Assembly (NCBI RefSeq): GCF_001735745.1
Contig: NZ_CP017260.1
Span: forward strand, 1,800,001-1,832,000
Reading direction: 5' to 3'
Length of the DNA stretch: 32,000 bases
Source of the DNA: Formosa sp. Hel1_33_131
GTDB lineage: Bacteria > Bacteroidota > Bacteroidia > Flavobacteriales > Flavobacteriaceae
This document shows, piece after piece, positions 25,183 through 32,000 of the stretch. The notes below the pieces were generated by a model. The model saw only the letters and a program-made list of their open reading frames with translations. It was not told where the DNA came from and did no database searches. Position numbers and translations under genes: made by a program. Within the stretch, counting starts at the first letter, position 1. Every line of letters starts with the position of its first letter.

Positions 25183-25226
25183 TGTCAATCTGAATTTCCC
25201 TGTCGGTAGGCAGGTTCAAATCGACA
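25183..25226 (+). repeat. REP-like nested hairpin element (family shared with 31469-31532)
   Basis: Outer arms TGTCAATCTGAA / TTCAAATCGACA. Inner hairpin CCTGTC-ggta-GGCAGG. The 19-nt core matches 31478-31496 in inverted orientation with 1 mismatch. Confidence 0.6.
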
Positions 25227-25258
25227 AAGTAAAGTTTTTTCAAGCCGCCTCTTTTGTA

Positions 25259-26200
25259 TTATTGTTTAGTAAACACATTACCATTATTTCCTTCTTCAAC
25301 ATAAAGATAAAACTTATCTCCTTGAACTGCAAAGTAAGTTTGTTCAGAGTCAGGCTCTTCATCTCCAGCATAGATCGCACCGCTAAGAATACCAGTCGTC
25401 GTATAGGGACCTGAAACAGTTGTCGCGTCGTCGTTGCAATCGTTTATGTTAGATCCTGTAAACTCGTTTGAGTTTGAAAAATCGTATTCAATAGTATATT
25501 GACATCCGTTTTCCAAAAACACATCTAGCCAGGTTCCAACGATTGTAGATTCATAGTCTGAATCTCTATTAAGCGTTAAGGTTTCACCATTGTCACTCAA
25601 AAAAGAAAAGGAGTTTTGATTGATGACCGTAATTGTCGCCGTATCTACTACATCATCATCGTCATCATTATAAAAAAAGGTGTCCGTTGTTGTAAATTGA
25701 TTCCCATTCAGAGTCCAAGTCATCCCTTCCACAGATTGCATTACGGTACCCGTTGTGAGTGTGATTTCTACATATACAGACATTTCTCCGGATTCAATAA
25801 TAGTAACTCGACTGTTATAAGACCCTTCAGAATCTGTAGATGTTGAAGTCCAGTTGCCAATAATTAGTTGTTCAGCTGAAGTAACATTCACTGTGCGTGT
25901 TACTTCCGTTGCGGCGTTTCCACTTGCATCCGATACATTATAGGTTACGGAGTAAGTTCCCGCAGTAGAAGTGTCAACAGAATTAACGGTTTCTATACTG
26001 GCTGTCATATTTCCATCTTCAGCATCAGTAGCCGAAGCTCCAGCATCTGTATAAGTTTCTCCAACAAAAGCAGTCTCAGGATTTGTTCCAAGTAATGTAA
26101 TTATTGGTGCAGTCGTGTCAGCAGTAGTCGCAGCATCGTCGTCTGAAGACGTACAGGCTGTTAGACTGAAAATTGTAAATACAATCAGTAAATTTTTCAT
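25259..26200 (-). CDS. Lipoprotein with an extra Ig-like (DUF5011/HYR-like) domain; paralog of 24345..25046
   Basis: Near-identical signal/lipobox '[22 protein letters not shown]'. '[33 protein letters not shown]...[17 protein letters not shown]' resembles DUF5011 Ig-like repeats. Confidence 0.7.
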   Translation of the reverse strand: MKNLLIVFTIFSLTACTSSDDDAATTADTTAPIITLLGTNPETAFVGETYTDAGASATDAEDGNMTASIETVNSVDTSTAGTYSVTYNVSDASGNAATEVTRTVNVTSAEQLIIGNWTSTSTDSEGSYNSRVTIIESGEMSVYVEITLTTGTVMQSVEGMTWTLNGNQFTTTDTFFYNDDDDDVVDTATITVINQNSFSFLSDNGETLTLNRDSDYESTIVGTWLDVFLENGCQYTIEYDFSNSNEFTGSNINDCNDDATTVSGPYTTTGILSGAIYAGDEEPDSEQTYFAVQGDKFYLYVEEGNNGNVFTKQ

Positions 26201-26279
26201 AATTAAATTGGTTTCCTGTTAAGTTAGTGATTAATATGCAAACATTATTAGTGAAACCGTTTTTTTTGAAACACTACAT

Positions 26280-26693
26280 TTAATGCGGCAGCTTATCCTT
26301 TAACAGTCCATATAGGAAGGTTCCTAAAAGTGATGCCACAATAACCACAAGAATGGGCGCATATCCTGCTCCTGCTAAAGTAAACATAGGACCTGGGCAC
26401 GCACCTGCTAAGGCCCAGCCTAATCCAAATATAATACCCCCAATCAAGTACCGACGGATGCTTTTTTCTTTAGGAAAAAATGTAATGGGTTCGCCGTAAA
26501 AAGACTTTATTTTGTAACGTTTGATCACTTGTACCACCAACAGACCCACCGCTAAAGCAGTGCCAATAATGCCATACATATGGAAGGATTCAAATTTAAA
26601 CATTTCATAAATACGAAACCAAGAGGCCGCTTCTGATTTAAACATAGTAATGCCCAAAAGGATGCCGATAAAAAGATATATAAGTGTTCTCAT
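26280..26693 (-). CDS. YeeE/YedE-family (sulfur transport-like) membrane protein, small subunit type
   Basis: 'GLGWALAGACPGP' motif, 4 TM, adjacent to the partner gene. Confidence 0.7.
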   Translation of the reverse strand: MRTLIYLFIGILLGITMFKSEAASWFRIYEMFKFESFHMYGIIGTALAVGLLVVQVIKRYKIKSFYGEPITFFPKEKSIRRYLIGGIIFGLGWALAGACPGPMFTLAGAGYAPILVVIVASLLGTFLYGLLKDKLPH

Positions 26694-26696
26694 AGT

Positions 26697-27254
26697 TTAA
26701 AAAATTAAAGGGAAAATTAAATGAATCATGGTGAGTCCTCCAATAAAAAAACCAATCACGGCAATTAATGAAGGGAGTTGAAGGTTACTCAAACCAGAAA
26801 TTGCATGCCCAGAAGTGCAGCCTCCTGCATATCGAGCACCAAAACCAACGAATAGCCCTCCAATAGATAAAACAAGGAGTGATTTAATATTGGTCAGAGC
26901 CGTGAGTCCAAACAGTTCGTTTGGGAGGTAAGCACTTCCAGCACTTTCAAAGCCCATTGCTTTTAGATCTTTGACGGTTTCTGGATGCATCGCAACTGTC
27001 AACTCTGAGGACAGAAAGTGGGCGCCTATATAGCCGCCAATTACAGCTCCCAAAATGACAACTAAATTCCACTTTTGCGTTTTCCAATCAAATTTAAAAA
27101 AATCAGAAGCGTTACCGGCACCACAAAGGGTGCAGAGTGTTCGAAGGTTGGAAGACATCCCGAAGTTTTTGCCGACCATTAAAAGTAAAAACATTACAAG
27201 GGCAATCATAAGGCCAGAAACATACCACGGCCAGGGTTCGTAAATTGAAATCAT
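26697..27254 (-). CDS. YeeE/YedE-family (thiosulfate/sulfur transport-like) membrane protein
   Basis: Signature 'ARYAGGCTSGHAISG' and 'LCTLCGAG'. Confidence 0.75.
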   Translation of the reverse strand: MISIYEPWPWYVSGLMIALVMFLLLMVGKNFGMSSNLRTLCTLCGAGNASDFFKFDWKTQKWNLVVILGAVIGGYIGAHFLSSELTVAMHPETVKDLKAMGFESAGSAYLPNELFGLTALTNIKSLLVLSIGGLFVGFGARYAGGCTSGHAISGLSNLQLPSLIAVIGFFIGGLTMIHLIFPLIF

Positions 27255-27337
27255 ATTTAATATCTTATTTAAGTGAAGGCTGGAATTCAGCCATTTTTAT
27301 TTAGTTATGTTTTGAGGGGCATTTTTTCTGTTAGATA

Positions 27338-28747
27338 CTACAGGGTTGTGGGACACACAAAGTCTGAGACTTGAACACCAGCTTTTTTAATCGCTACAAA
27401 CCCTCCTTTGATATTAATTAAATTATGAATCCCACGACTTTTAAGAATCGAAGCTGCAATCATGCTTCTGTAGCCTCCAGCACAATGGATATAAAAGGGT
27501 TGATTTCTCTTGAATTCCGCAAGATGGTCGTTTATAAAATTCAGTGGAGTATTATGAGCTTCTAGGATATGTTCCGATAAAAACTCAGATTCCCTGCGCA
27601 TATCAAATACGTTGGTTTTTTGATTTTCATAAGTTGTTTTAAACGCCTCAGCTGTGATGGAGCTAACCGTATCGTATTCCATAGATGCATTTTTCCATGC
27701 TTCAAAACCACCCTCGAGATATCCAAGTGTTTGGTCAAAACCAACGCGTGATAAACGTGTGATGGCTTCTTCTTCCTGGCCTTTTTCTGTGACTAATAAC
27801 AGCGGTTGTTTCACATCGGCAATTAGTGCGCCTACCCAAGGAGCAAACTCCCCGTCCAGCCCAATAAAAATGGAACTGGGAATGTGACCTTTTTCATAAG
27901 CATCTTGCTGCCGAACATCTAAAACAATGGCTGAGGTTTCATTCGCTGCGGCTTCAAAAGCGCGAGGCGATAAGGCTTGAGTGCCCCTTTTTAGAACCGT
28001 ATCAAAATCATCATAGCCTTCTATATTTAATTTTACATTTGCTGGGAAATAGTCTGGAGGTGGCAAAAGTCCTTGTGTGACTTCAGAAATAAATTCTTTT
28101 TTGGTCATATCAGCACGGAGCGCATAATTCATCTTTTTTTGATTTCCCAAGCTGTCCACAGTTTCTTTCATCATATTTTTACCACAAGCAGAGCCGGCTC
28201 CATGTGCGGGATACACCACAACATCATCTGCAAGAATCATAATTTTTTGGCGTAAACTGTCAAAAAGAAAGCCTGCCAAGTCTTCGATGGTTAAATCTCC
28301 AATTTTTTGTGCCAAATCGGGCCTTCCAACATCTCCTAAAAAAAGGGTGTCTCCACTAAAAATTGCATGGTCTTTTCCGTTTTCATCTCTTAAAAGATAG
28401 GTCGTACTCTCCATCGTATGGCCTGGTGTATGAAGGGCTATAATTGTAAGATTCCCTAATTTAAATTCTTGTCCATCGGTTGCGATGGTAGCTTCAAATT
28501 TTGGGTTTGCGTTTGGACCGTAAATGATGGGTGCGTTCGTTTCTTTTGAAAGCGTCACATGACCGCTTACAAAATCGGCATGGAAGTGTGTTTCAAATAT
28601 ATATTTTATTGTTGCATTGTCTTGTTTCGCTCGGTTGAGGTAAGGTTTCACTTCTCTTAAAGGGTCAATGATTGCAACTTCTCCGTTGCTTTCAATATAA
28701 TAAGCGCCTTGAGAAAGGCAGCCTGTATAAATTTGTTCTATTTTCAT
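27338..28747 (-). CDS. Persulfide dioxygenase (MBL fold, ETHE1/CstB-like) fused to two rhodanese domains
   Basis: 'ETHFHADFVSGH', 'HTPGHT' and 'GDTLFLGDVGRPDL' are MBL/ETHE1 motifs. The C-terminal rhodanese active-site loop is 'IHCAGGYRS'. Confidence 0.8.
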   Translation of the reverse strand: MKIEQIYTGCLSQGAYYIESNGEVAIIDPLREVKPYLNRAKQDNATIKYIFETHFHADFVSGHVTLSKETNAPIIYGPNANPKFEATIATDGQEFKLGNLTIIALHTPGHTMESTTYLLRDENGKDHAIFSGDTLFLGDVGRPDLAQKIGDLTIEDLAGFLFDSLRQKIMILADDVVVYPAHGAGSACGKNMMKETVDSLGNQKKMNYALRADMTKKEFISEVTQGLLPPPDYFPANVKLNIEGYDDFDTVLKRGTQALSPRAFEAAANETSAIVLDVRQQDAYEKGHIPSSIFIGLDGEFAPWVGALIADVKQPLLLVTEKGQEEEAITRLSRVGFDQTLGYLEGGFEAWKNASMEYDTVSSITAEAFKTTYENQKTNVFDMRRESEFLSEHILEAHNTPLNFINDHLAEFKRNQPFYIHCAGGYRSMIAASILKSRGIHNLINIKGGFVAIKKAGVQVSDFVCPTTL

Positions 28748-28800
28748 GGTGGCATCTTTTGTTTGATGCTGTAAATTTATGAAGGGAGAACAAGCCGTAC

Positions 28801-28816
28801 AGTAACCTATGTTACA
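28801..28816. promoter_or_regulatory. Palindromic operator AGTAAC-CTAT-GTTACA upstream of the dioxygenase gene
   Basis: 15/16 identical (as reverse complement) to 30375-30390. Its centre is 33 nt upstream of the centre of a -7-like box TAAATTTA (28772-28779, minus strand). Confidence 0.6.
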
Positions 28817-28835
28817 TTGAAGACTGTTTTTTAGA

Positions 28836-29645
28836 TCAGTTCAAAAGGAACTCCATATAAAAGATAAATAAGGCCATTATAAAAATGAAATACCCAAATG
28901 CTTTTTTGAGTTTTCCTCCATCTATAAAATTACTCAAATAGCTGCCAATATAAATTCCTACAATAGCAATCCCTGTAAAAGTGAATAGAAATTCCCAATC
29001 GATTTCCATCTTTGTCGCGTCGCCAATAAAGAAGCCTAGAAGGGACTTAAAAGCAATGATAACTAAAGAGGTTCCAATGGCGACTTTCATTTCTATATTT
29101 GCTAAAATTACCAATGCGGGTATGATTAAAAAACCACCGCCGGCTCCAATGAGACCTGTAATTCCTCCAACGAGTAATCCCTCTATTAAAATTAAGGGGT
29201 AATTGTAGGAGACTGTTTCTTTCTTTTCTAATGTGGTTACTTTTTGTTGTTTCAACATAGAAAATGCAGCGGGAAACATGAGGATTGCAAAGAGTCCAAA
29301 CATGCCCATTCGACGGGTGAAAATAAACGTACCAATATGAAACAATTCATCCGGAAGAATTGGCACTAAAAAATGCCGCACCAGACTCACGCCTACAATA
29401 GCAGGCAAACCAAAAATGATGGCCGTTTTCCAATCGACATACCCTTTAAAATGTTGTTTCAGTCCACCGATTAAAGCACTCATTCCAACTATAAACAAGG
29501 AATAGGAGGTTGCTATGCGTTCATCAAACGAAAATAAATATGCCAAAACAGGGACGGCCAATATAGAGCCCCCACCACCAATCAGCCCTAGTGAAATTCC
29601 GATAATCAACGCGCAAATGAATCCAAAAAGTTCTAAGAGTTCCAT
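28836..29645 (-). CDS. TauE/SafE (TSUP) family sulfite exporter-like membrane protein
   Basis: Two 'GGGGS/GAGGGF' repeat motifs ('LIGGGGSILAVPVL', 'GLIGAGGGFLIIPAL') and ~8 TM. Starts 14 nt downstream of the regulator gene. Confidence 0.75.
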   Translation of the reverse strand: MELLELFGFICALIIGISLGLIGGGGSILAVPVLAYLFSFDERIATSYSLFIVGMSALIGGLKQHFKGYVDWKTAIIFGLPAIVGVSLVRHFLVPILPDELFHIGTFIFTRRMGMFGLFAILMFPAAFSMLKQQKVTTLEKKETVSYNYPLILIEGLLVGGITGLIGAGGGFLIIPALVILANIEMKVAIGTSLVIIAFKSLLGFFIGDATKMEIDWEFLFTFTGIAIVGIYIGSYLSNFIDGGKLKKAFGYFIFIMALFIFYMEFLLN

Positions 29646-29659
29646 AATAAAGGTTGTTT

Positions 29660-30295
29660 TTAATTTAAATCAATGATTTGAATGTGGTTTCGTTTCAACT
29701 CAATTTTTCCTAAATTCTCTAATTTTTTTAGAAGTCTTGAAATCACCACCCTTGAGCTGTGAAGTTCGTAAGCAATTTCTTGGTGTGTGTTATATATGGA
29801 AGTGTTGTTAGTGATGCGGGCTTTTTCTTTTAAAAAATTCAATACCCGTTCGTCCATTTTTGTGAATGCAATGGCGTCCACTGTTTGTAGCAATTCGTTG
29901 AGGCGTTTATGGTAGCTTTCAAACACAAAGTTTCTCCAAGACTTGTATTTTGCAGCCCATTCTTCCATCTTTATAACGGGAACCATGATGAGTTTTGTGT
30001 CCATTTCAGCAATCGCTCTGATTTCACTTTTGGCTTGTCCCAGACAACAACTCATGGTCATGGAACAGGTATCTCCTTTTTCCAGATAATAGAGCAGTAA
30101 CTCGTCACCGTCAGAATCGTCTCTTAAGACTTTAATAGCACCGGATAGTAATAAAGGCATCCCTTTGATGTAGTCTCCGATTTCTATCATCTTATAGCCA
30201 GCCGGAACGTCCTTAAAAGTGCCTACTTGTGAAATTTCTTCAAGTAATGCCTCTTCAAATTGATGTCCGTAACTTGCTTTTAACTCTTGAATCAT
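29660..30295 (-). CDS. Crp/Fnr-family transcriptional regulator with a cysteine cluster in the effector domain
   Basis: cNMP-binding-like beta-roll ('LLLSGAIKVLRDDSDGDELLLYYLEKGD'). C-terminal HTH 'HQEIAYELHSSRVVISRLLKKLENLGKI'. Cys cluster 'TCSMTMSCC'. Confidence 0.8.
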   Translation of the reverse strand: MIQELKASYGHQFEEALLEEISQVGTFKDVPAGYKMIEIGDYIKGMPLLLSGAIKVLRDDSDGDELLLYYLEKGDTCSMTMSCCLGQAKSEIRAIAEMDTKLIMVPVIKMEEWAAKYKSWRNFVFESYHKRLNELLQTVDAIAFTKMDERVLNFLKEKARITNNTSIYNTHQEIAYELHSSRVVISRLLKKLENLGKIELKRNHIQIIDLN

Positions 30296-30374
30296 GTTTT
30301 TTAACTTTTGTATATAATAACTAAATCAGTGCTTTTTATTTTTTACAAAACTAGAACTTAAAAACCTTCTTTGT

Positions 30375-30390
30375 TGTAACATAGGTTACA
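30375..30390. promoter_or_regulatory. Perfect palindrome TGTAAC-ATAG-GTTACA upstream of the Crp/Fnr-like gene
   Basis: A 16-bp perfect inverted repeat. Its centre is 33 nt upstream of the centre of the -7 box TAGTTTTG (30346-30353, minus strand). It lies in the divergent region shared with 30545..31438. Confidence 0.6.
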
Positions 30391-30544
30391 TTTAGGACTT
30401 CTTAAATCGTCTGGTCCAATTGTTTTAAAACTAACCCATTTTTATGAAAACCACAATATAATGAAGCAGATTCTACGAAAGCTCATTTGTTTTTCGTAAA
30501 TTTAGTATCCTTTCTACACTTAACCAATTTTAAATCAACTAGTC

Positions 30545-31438
30545 ATGATCTCAAAATTAAATGCACTTTTTTACAATTCAGTGCTGTCTGAAACTGTAAA
30601 AAATAAGGTAGAACAGTTTATTCTTATTATTGCTATCCTCAGTTTTTTAGCACACCTTATCACTATTTATTTGGTGCAAAACCAGCTGATTGTGATTCCT
30701 GAAGGGCTCAATTTTTTTGATTCTCCAATCGCAGCGATTTACACCCCCTTTTCTTTTATCCTGATCTATGAAGTTTATCTGTTAATTTTCTATTTGCCGC
30801 GGTCGATCACCACCTATATTGGCAAGCAATATGAGATTATTACACTGATTGTCATCCGACGTATTTTCAAAGATTTGGCCAATTTAGAGCTCAATTCAGA
30901 TTGGTTTGACATCAAAAACGATCTTAATTTCACCTATGATATTATCACCGCATTATTGCTGTTTTTTATGATCTATTTGTTCTCATTAGAACGTCAAAAA
31001 TTACACATATCAAATAAAGTAAATACGCTAGAACCTGCTCAAATTGAACAATTTATAGCCATCAAAAAGTTTATGGCAACAATTTTAGTGCCCATTTTTA
31101 TTGGGATTGGACTGGTCACCTTTGGAAGTTGGGTTTTTCAAAATACACCCGAAAATTTGTCCCTCGCCTTAAAAGATGTCAACAGTATTTTCTTTGATGA
31201 ATTTTTCGCGATTCTAATAATTGTCGATGTATTCCTGTTGCTCTTTTCATTTTTCTATACCGATCAATTTCATAAAGTCATAAGAAACTCAGGGTTTATC
31301 ATTTCAACCATTCTTATTCGTTTGTCCTTCTCTGTAGATGGACTACTGAATAATTGTTTGATTATTGGATCGATCGGGTTTGGACTCCTGATTTTATGGA
31401 TACACAACCGCTTTGAAAAAAACATTAAACCTGTATAA
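30545..31438 (+). CDS. Multi-pass membrane protein, unknown function (297 aa)
   Basis: About 6-7 hydrophobic helices; no recognisable catalytic motif. Confidence 0.55.
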   Translation: MISKLNALFYNSVLSETVKNKVEQFILIIAILSFLAHLITIYLVQNQLIVIPEGLNFFDSPIAAIYTPFSFILIYEVYLLIFYLPRSITTYIGKQYEIITLIVIRRIFKDLANLELNSDWFDIKNDLNFTYDIITALLLFFMIYLFSLERQKLHISNKVNTLEPAQIEQFIAIKKFMATILVPIFIGIGLVTFGSWVFQNTPENLSLALKDVNSIFFDEFFAILIIVDVFLLLFSFFYTDQFHKVIRNSGFIISTILIRLSFSVDGLLNNCLIIGSIGFGLLILWIHNRFEKNIKPV

Positions 31439-31468
31439 CTAAAAAAGCCGTTCAAAAAGTCTTTTTCT

Positions 31469-31532
31469 TGTCAAGCTGAACCTGCCTACCGTCAGGCAAG
31501 TTTACCTACCGAAAGTAGGCTTGTTTCAGCTT
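31469..31532 (+). repeat. REP-like nested hairpin element (two inner hairpins within an outer stem)
   Basis: Outer arms TGTCAAGCTGAA ... TTCAGCTT. Inner segments CCTGCCTACCGTCAGG and CCTAC-cgaaa-GTAGG. The left arm matches 25183-25194 at 11/12 positions. Confidence 0.6.
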
Positions 31533-31562
31533 CTCATAGTTATTGATTTTCAATTCTTCGAG

Positions 31563-31600
31563 ATTCTGAAATAAATTCAGAATGACATGTTTATTTGTTT
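31563..31600 (+). terminator. Candidate terminator hairpin
   Basis: ATTCTGAA-ataaa-TTCAGAAT followed by the T-rich tract gacatgTTTaTTTgTTTTTT. Confidence 0.35.
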
Positions 31601-31619
31601 TTTAGACAGCCTCTTTTTC

Positions 31620-32000
31620 TTATTTCGGGTCTAAAATTAAATTGATCCGTTCCACAGCATCCCTCAAGTGAATTTTATTCATGCCATTCGAAGTTTTTGA
31701 AATGCTCGAGCTGATCAGGTTTCTCAAGGTTTTCAATTCTGCTCTTACTATCGCACGAATATCAGATTGACTGGTATTGACAGCCGTCGATTTCACATAA
31801 TCACTGCCCCGTCGTTTGCTCTGATTTTCGACAGTCATCAAATATGCCAATCGATCCATATGAGCCCGTTGTAAATTCCGTCGGTACGTGTCTATTTTTC
31901 GTCCTGAGTACAACTCACTCCAAATGCCTGTTCTCAAATCCCGCGTCATACTTCGGAGGGTATATGCATCAGAACCATTCATGGTTTCATTTTCAATCAT
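31620..32000 (-). CDS. 3' end of a larger gene (probably the C-terminal region of a zinc-metalloprotease-like protein, DUF4953-type); N-terminus outside the window
   Basis: The ORF runs to the window edge. 'YRRNLQRAHMDRLAYLM' recalls the C-terminal region of flavobacterial zinc-dependent metalloproteases. Assignment is from memory only. Confidence 0.4.
   Translation of the reverse strand: MIENETMNGSDAYTLRSMTRDLRTGIWSELYSGRKIDTYRRNLQRAHMDRLAYLMTVENQSKRRGSDYVKSTAVNTSQSDIRAIVRAELKTLRNLISSSISKTSNGMNKIHLRDAVERINLILDPK

Noticed and set aside
27278-27292. Short hairpin GGCTG-gaatt-CAGCC between the dioxygenase gene and the YeeE-like gene
   Set aside because: It has only a 5-bp stem and no U-tract on the transcribed (minus) strand, which is not enough to call a terminator or attenuator.
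1-32000. CRISPR arrays, rRNA genes, retron or DGR components, integrase/transposase genes as free-standing ORFs
   Set aside because: I saw no regularly spaced direct repeats, no rRNA-like sequence, and no reverse transcriptase or recombinase motifs in any listed ORF. The prophage integrase presumably lies beyond the left edge of the window.

Overview
Low-GC chromosome segment, probably Bacteroidota/Flavobacteriia (inferred from TAnnTTTG -7 boxes, lipoprotein signals and gene content). All homology calls rest on motif recognition by eye; no searches were run. Layout: (1) 1-15.7 kb is the right arm of an integrated temperate phage. A cI/LexA-like repressor sits divergent from a ~14 kb tightly packed minus-strand early operon: Rad52-like annealase, SSB-like protein, SNF2 helicase, T7 gp4-like primase-helicase, helicase-methyltransferase fusion and an orphan N6A methyltransferase. 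The arm ends at a displaced 3' half of an initiator tRNA-Met gene (attR). (2) 15.7-17.3 kb holds four att-like junctions sharing the core CTACTA, with mosaic flanks that fit serial integrations at this tRNA. Two integrase-less mini-elements carrying small membrane-protein/XRE cassettes lie between them. (3) 17.4-22.4 kb is a small defence islet: a ParE toxin with a premature stop plus an intact antitoxin, an HxlR regulator, and a 1239-aa single-chain type IIG restriction-modification enzyme. A complete IS200/IS605-type HUH (Y1) transposase domain is inserted in-frame between its methyltransferase motifs I and IV. This is the most unusual object in the window. (4) 22.7-32 kb is core genome: an FAD oxidoreductase, tandem paralogous lipoproteins, and a sulfide/persulfide detoxification cluster (Crp/Fnr-like regulator, TauE, persulfide dioxygenase-rhodanese, two YeeE/YedE proteins). 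That cluster has two copies of a TGTAAC-N4-GTTACA palindrome at identical spacing from -7 boxes. The region also contains nested-hairpin REP-like repeats, a multi-TM protein and the 3' end of a metalloprotease-like gene. No rRNA genes, intact tRNA genes or CRISPR arrays were seen.
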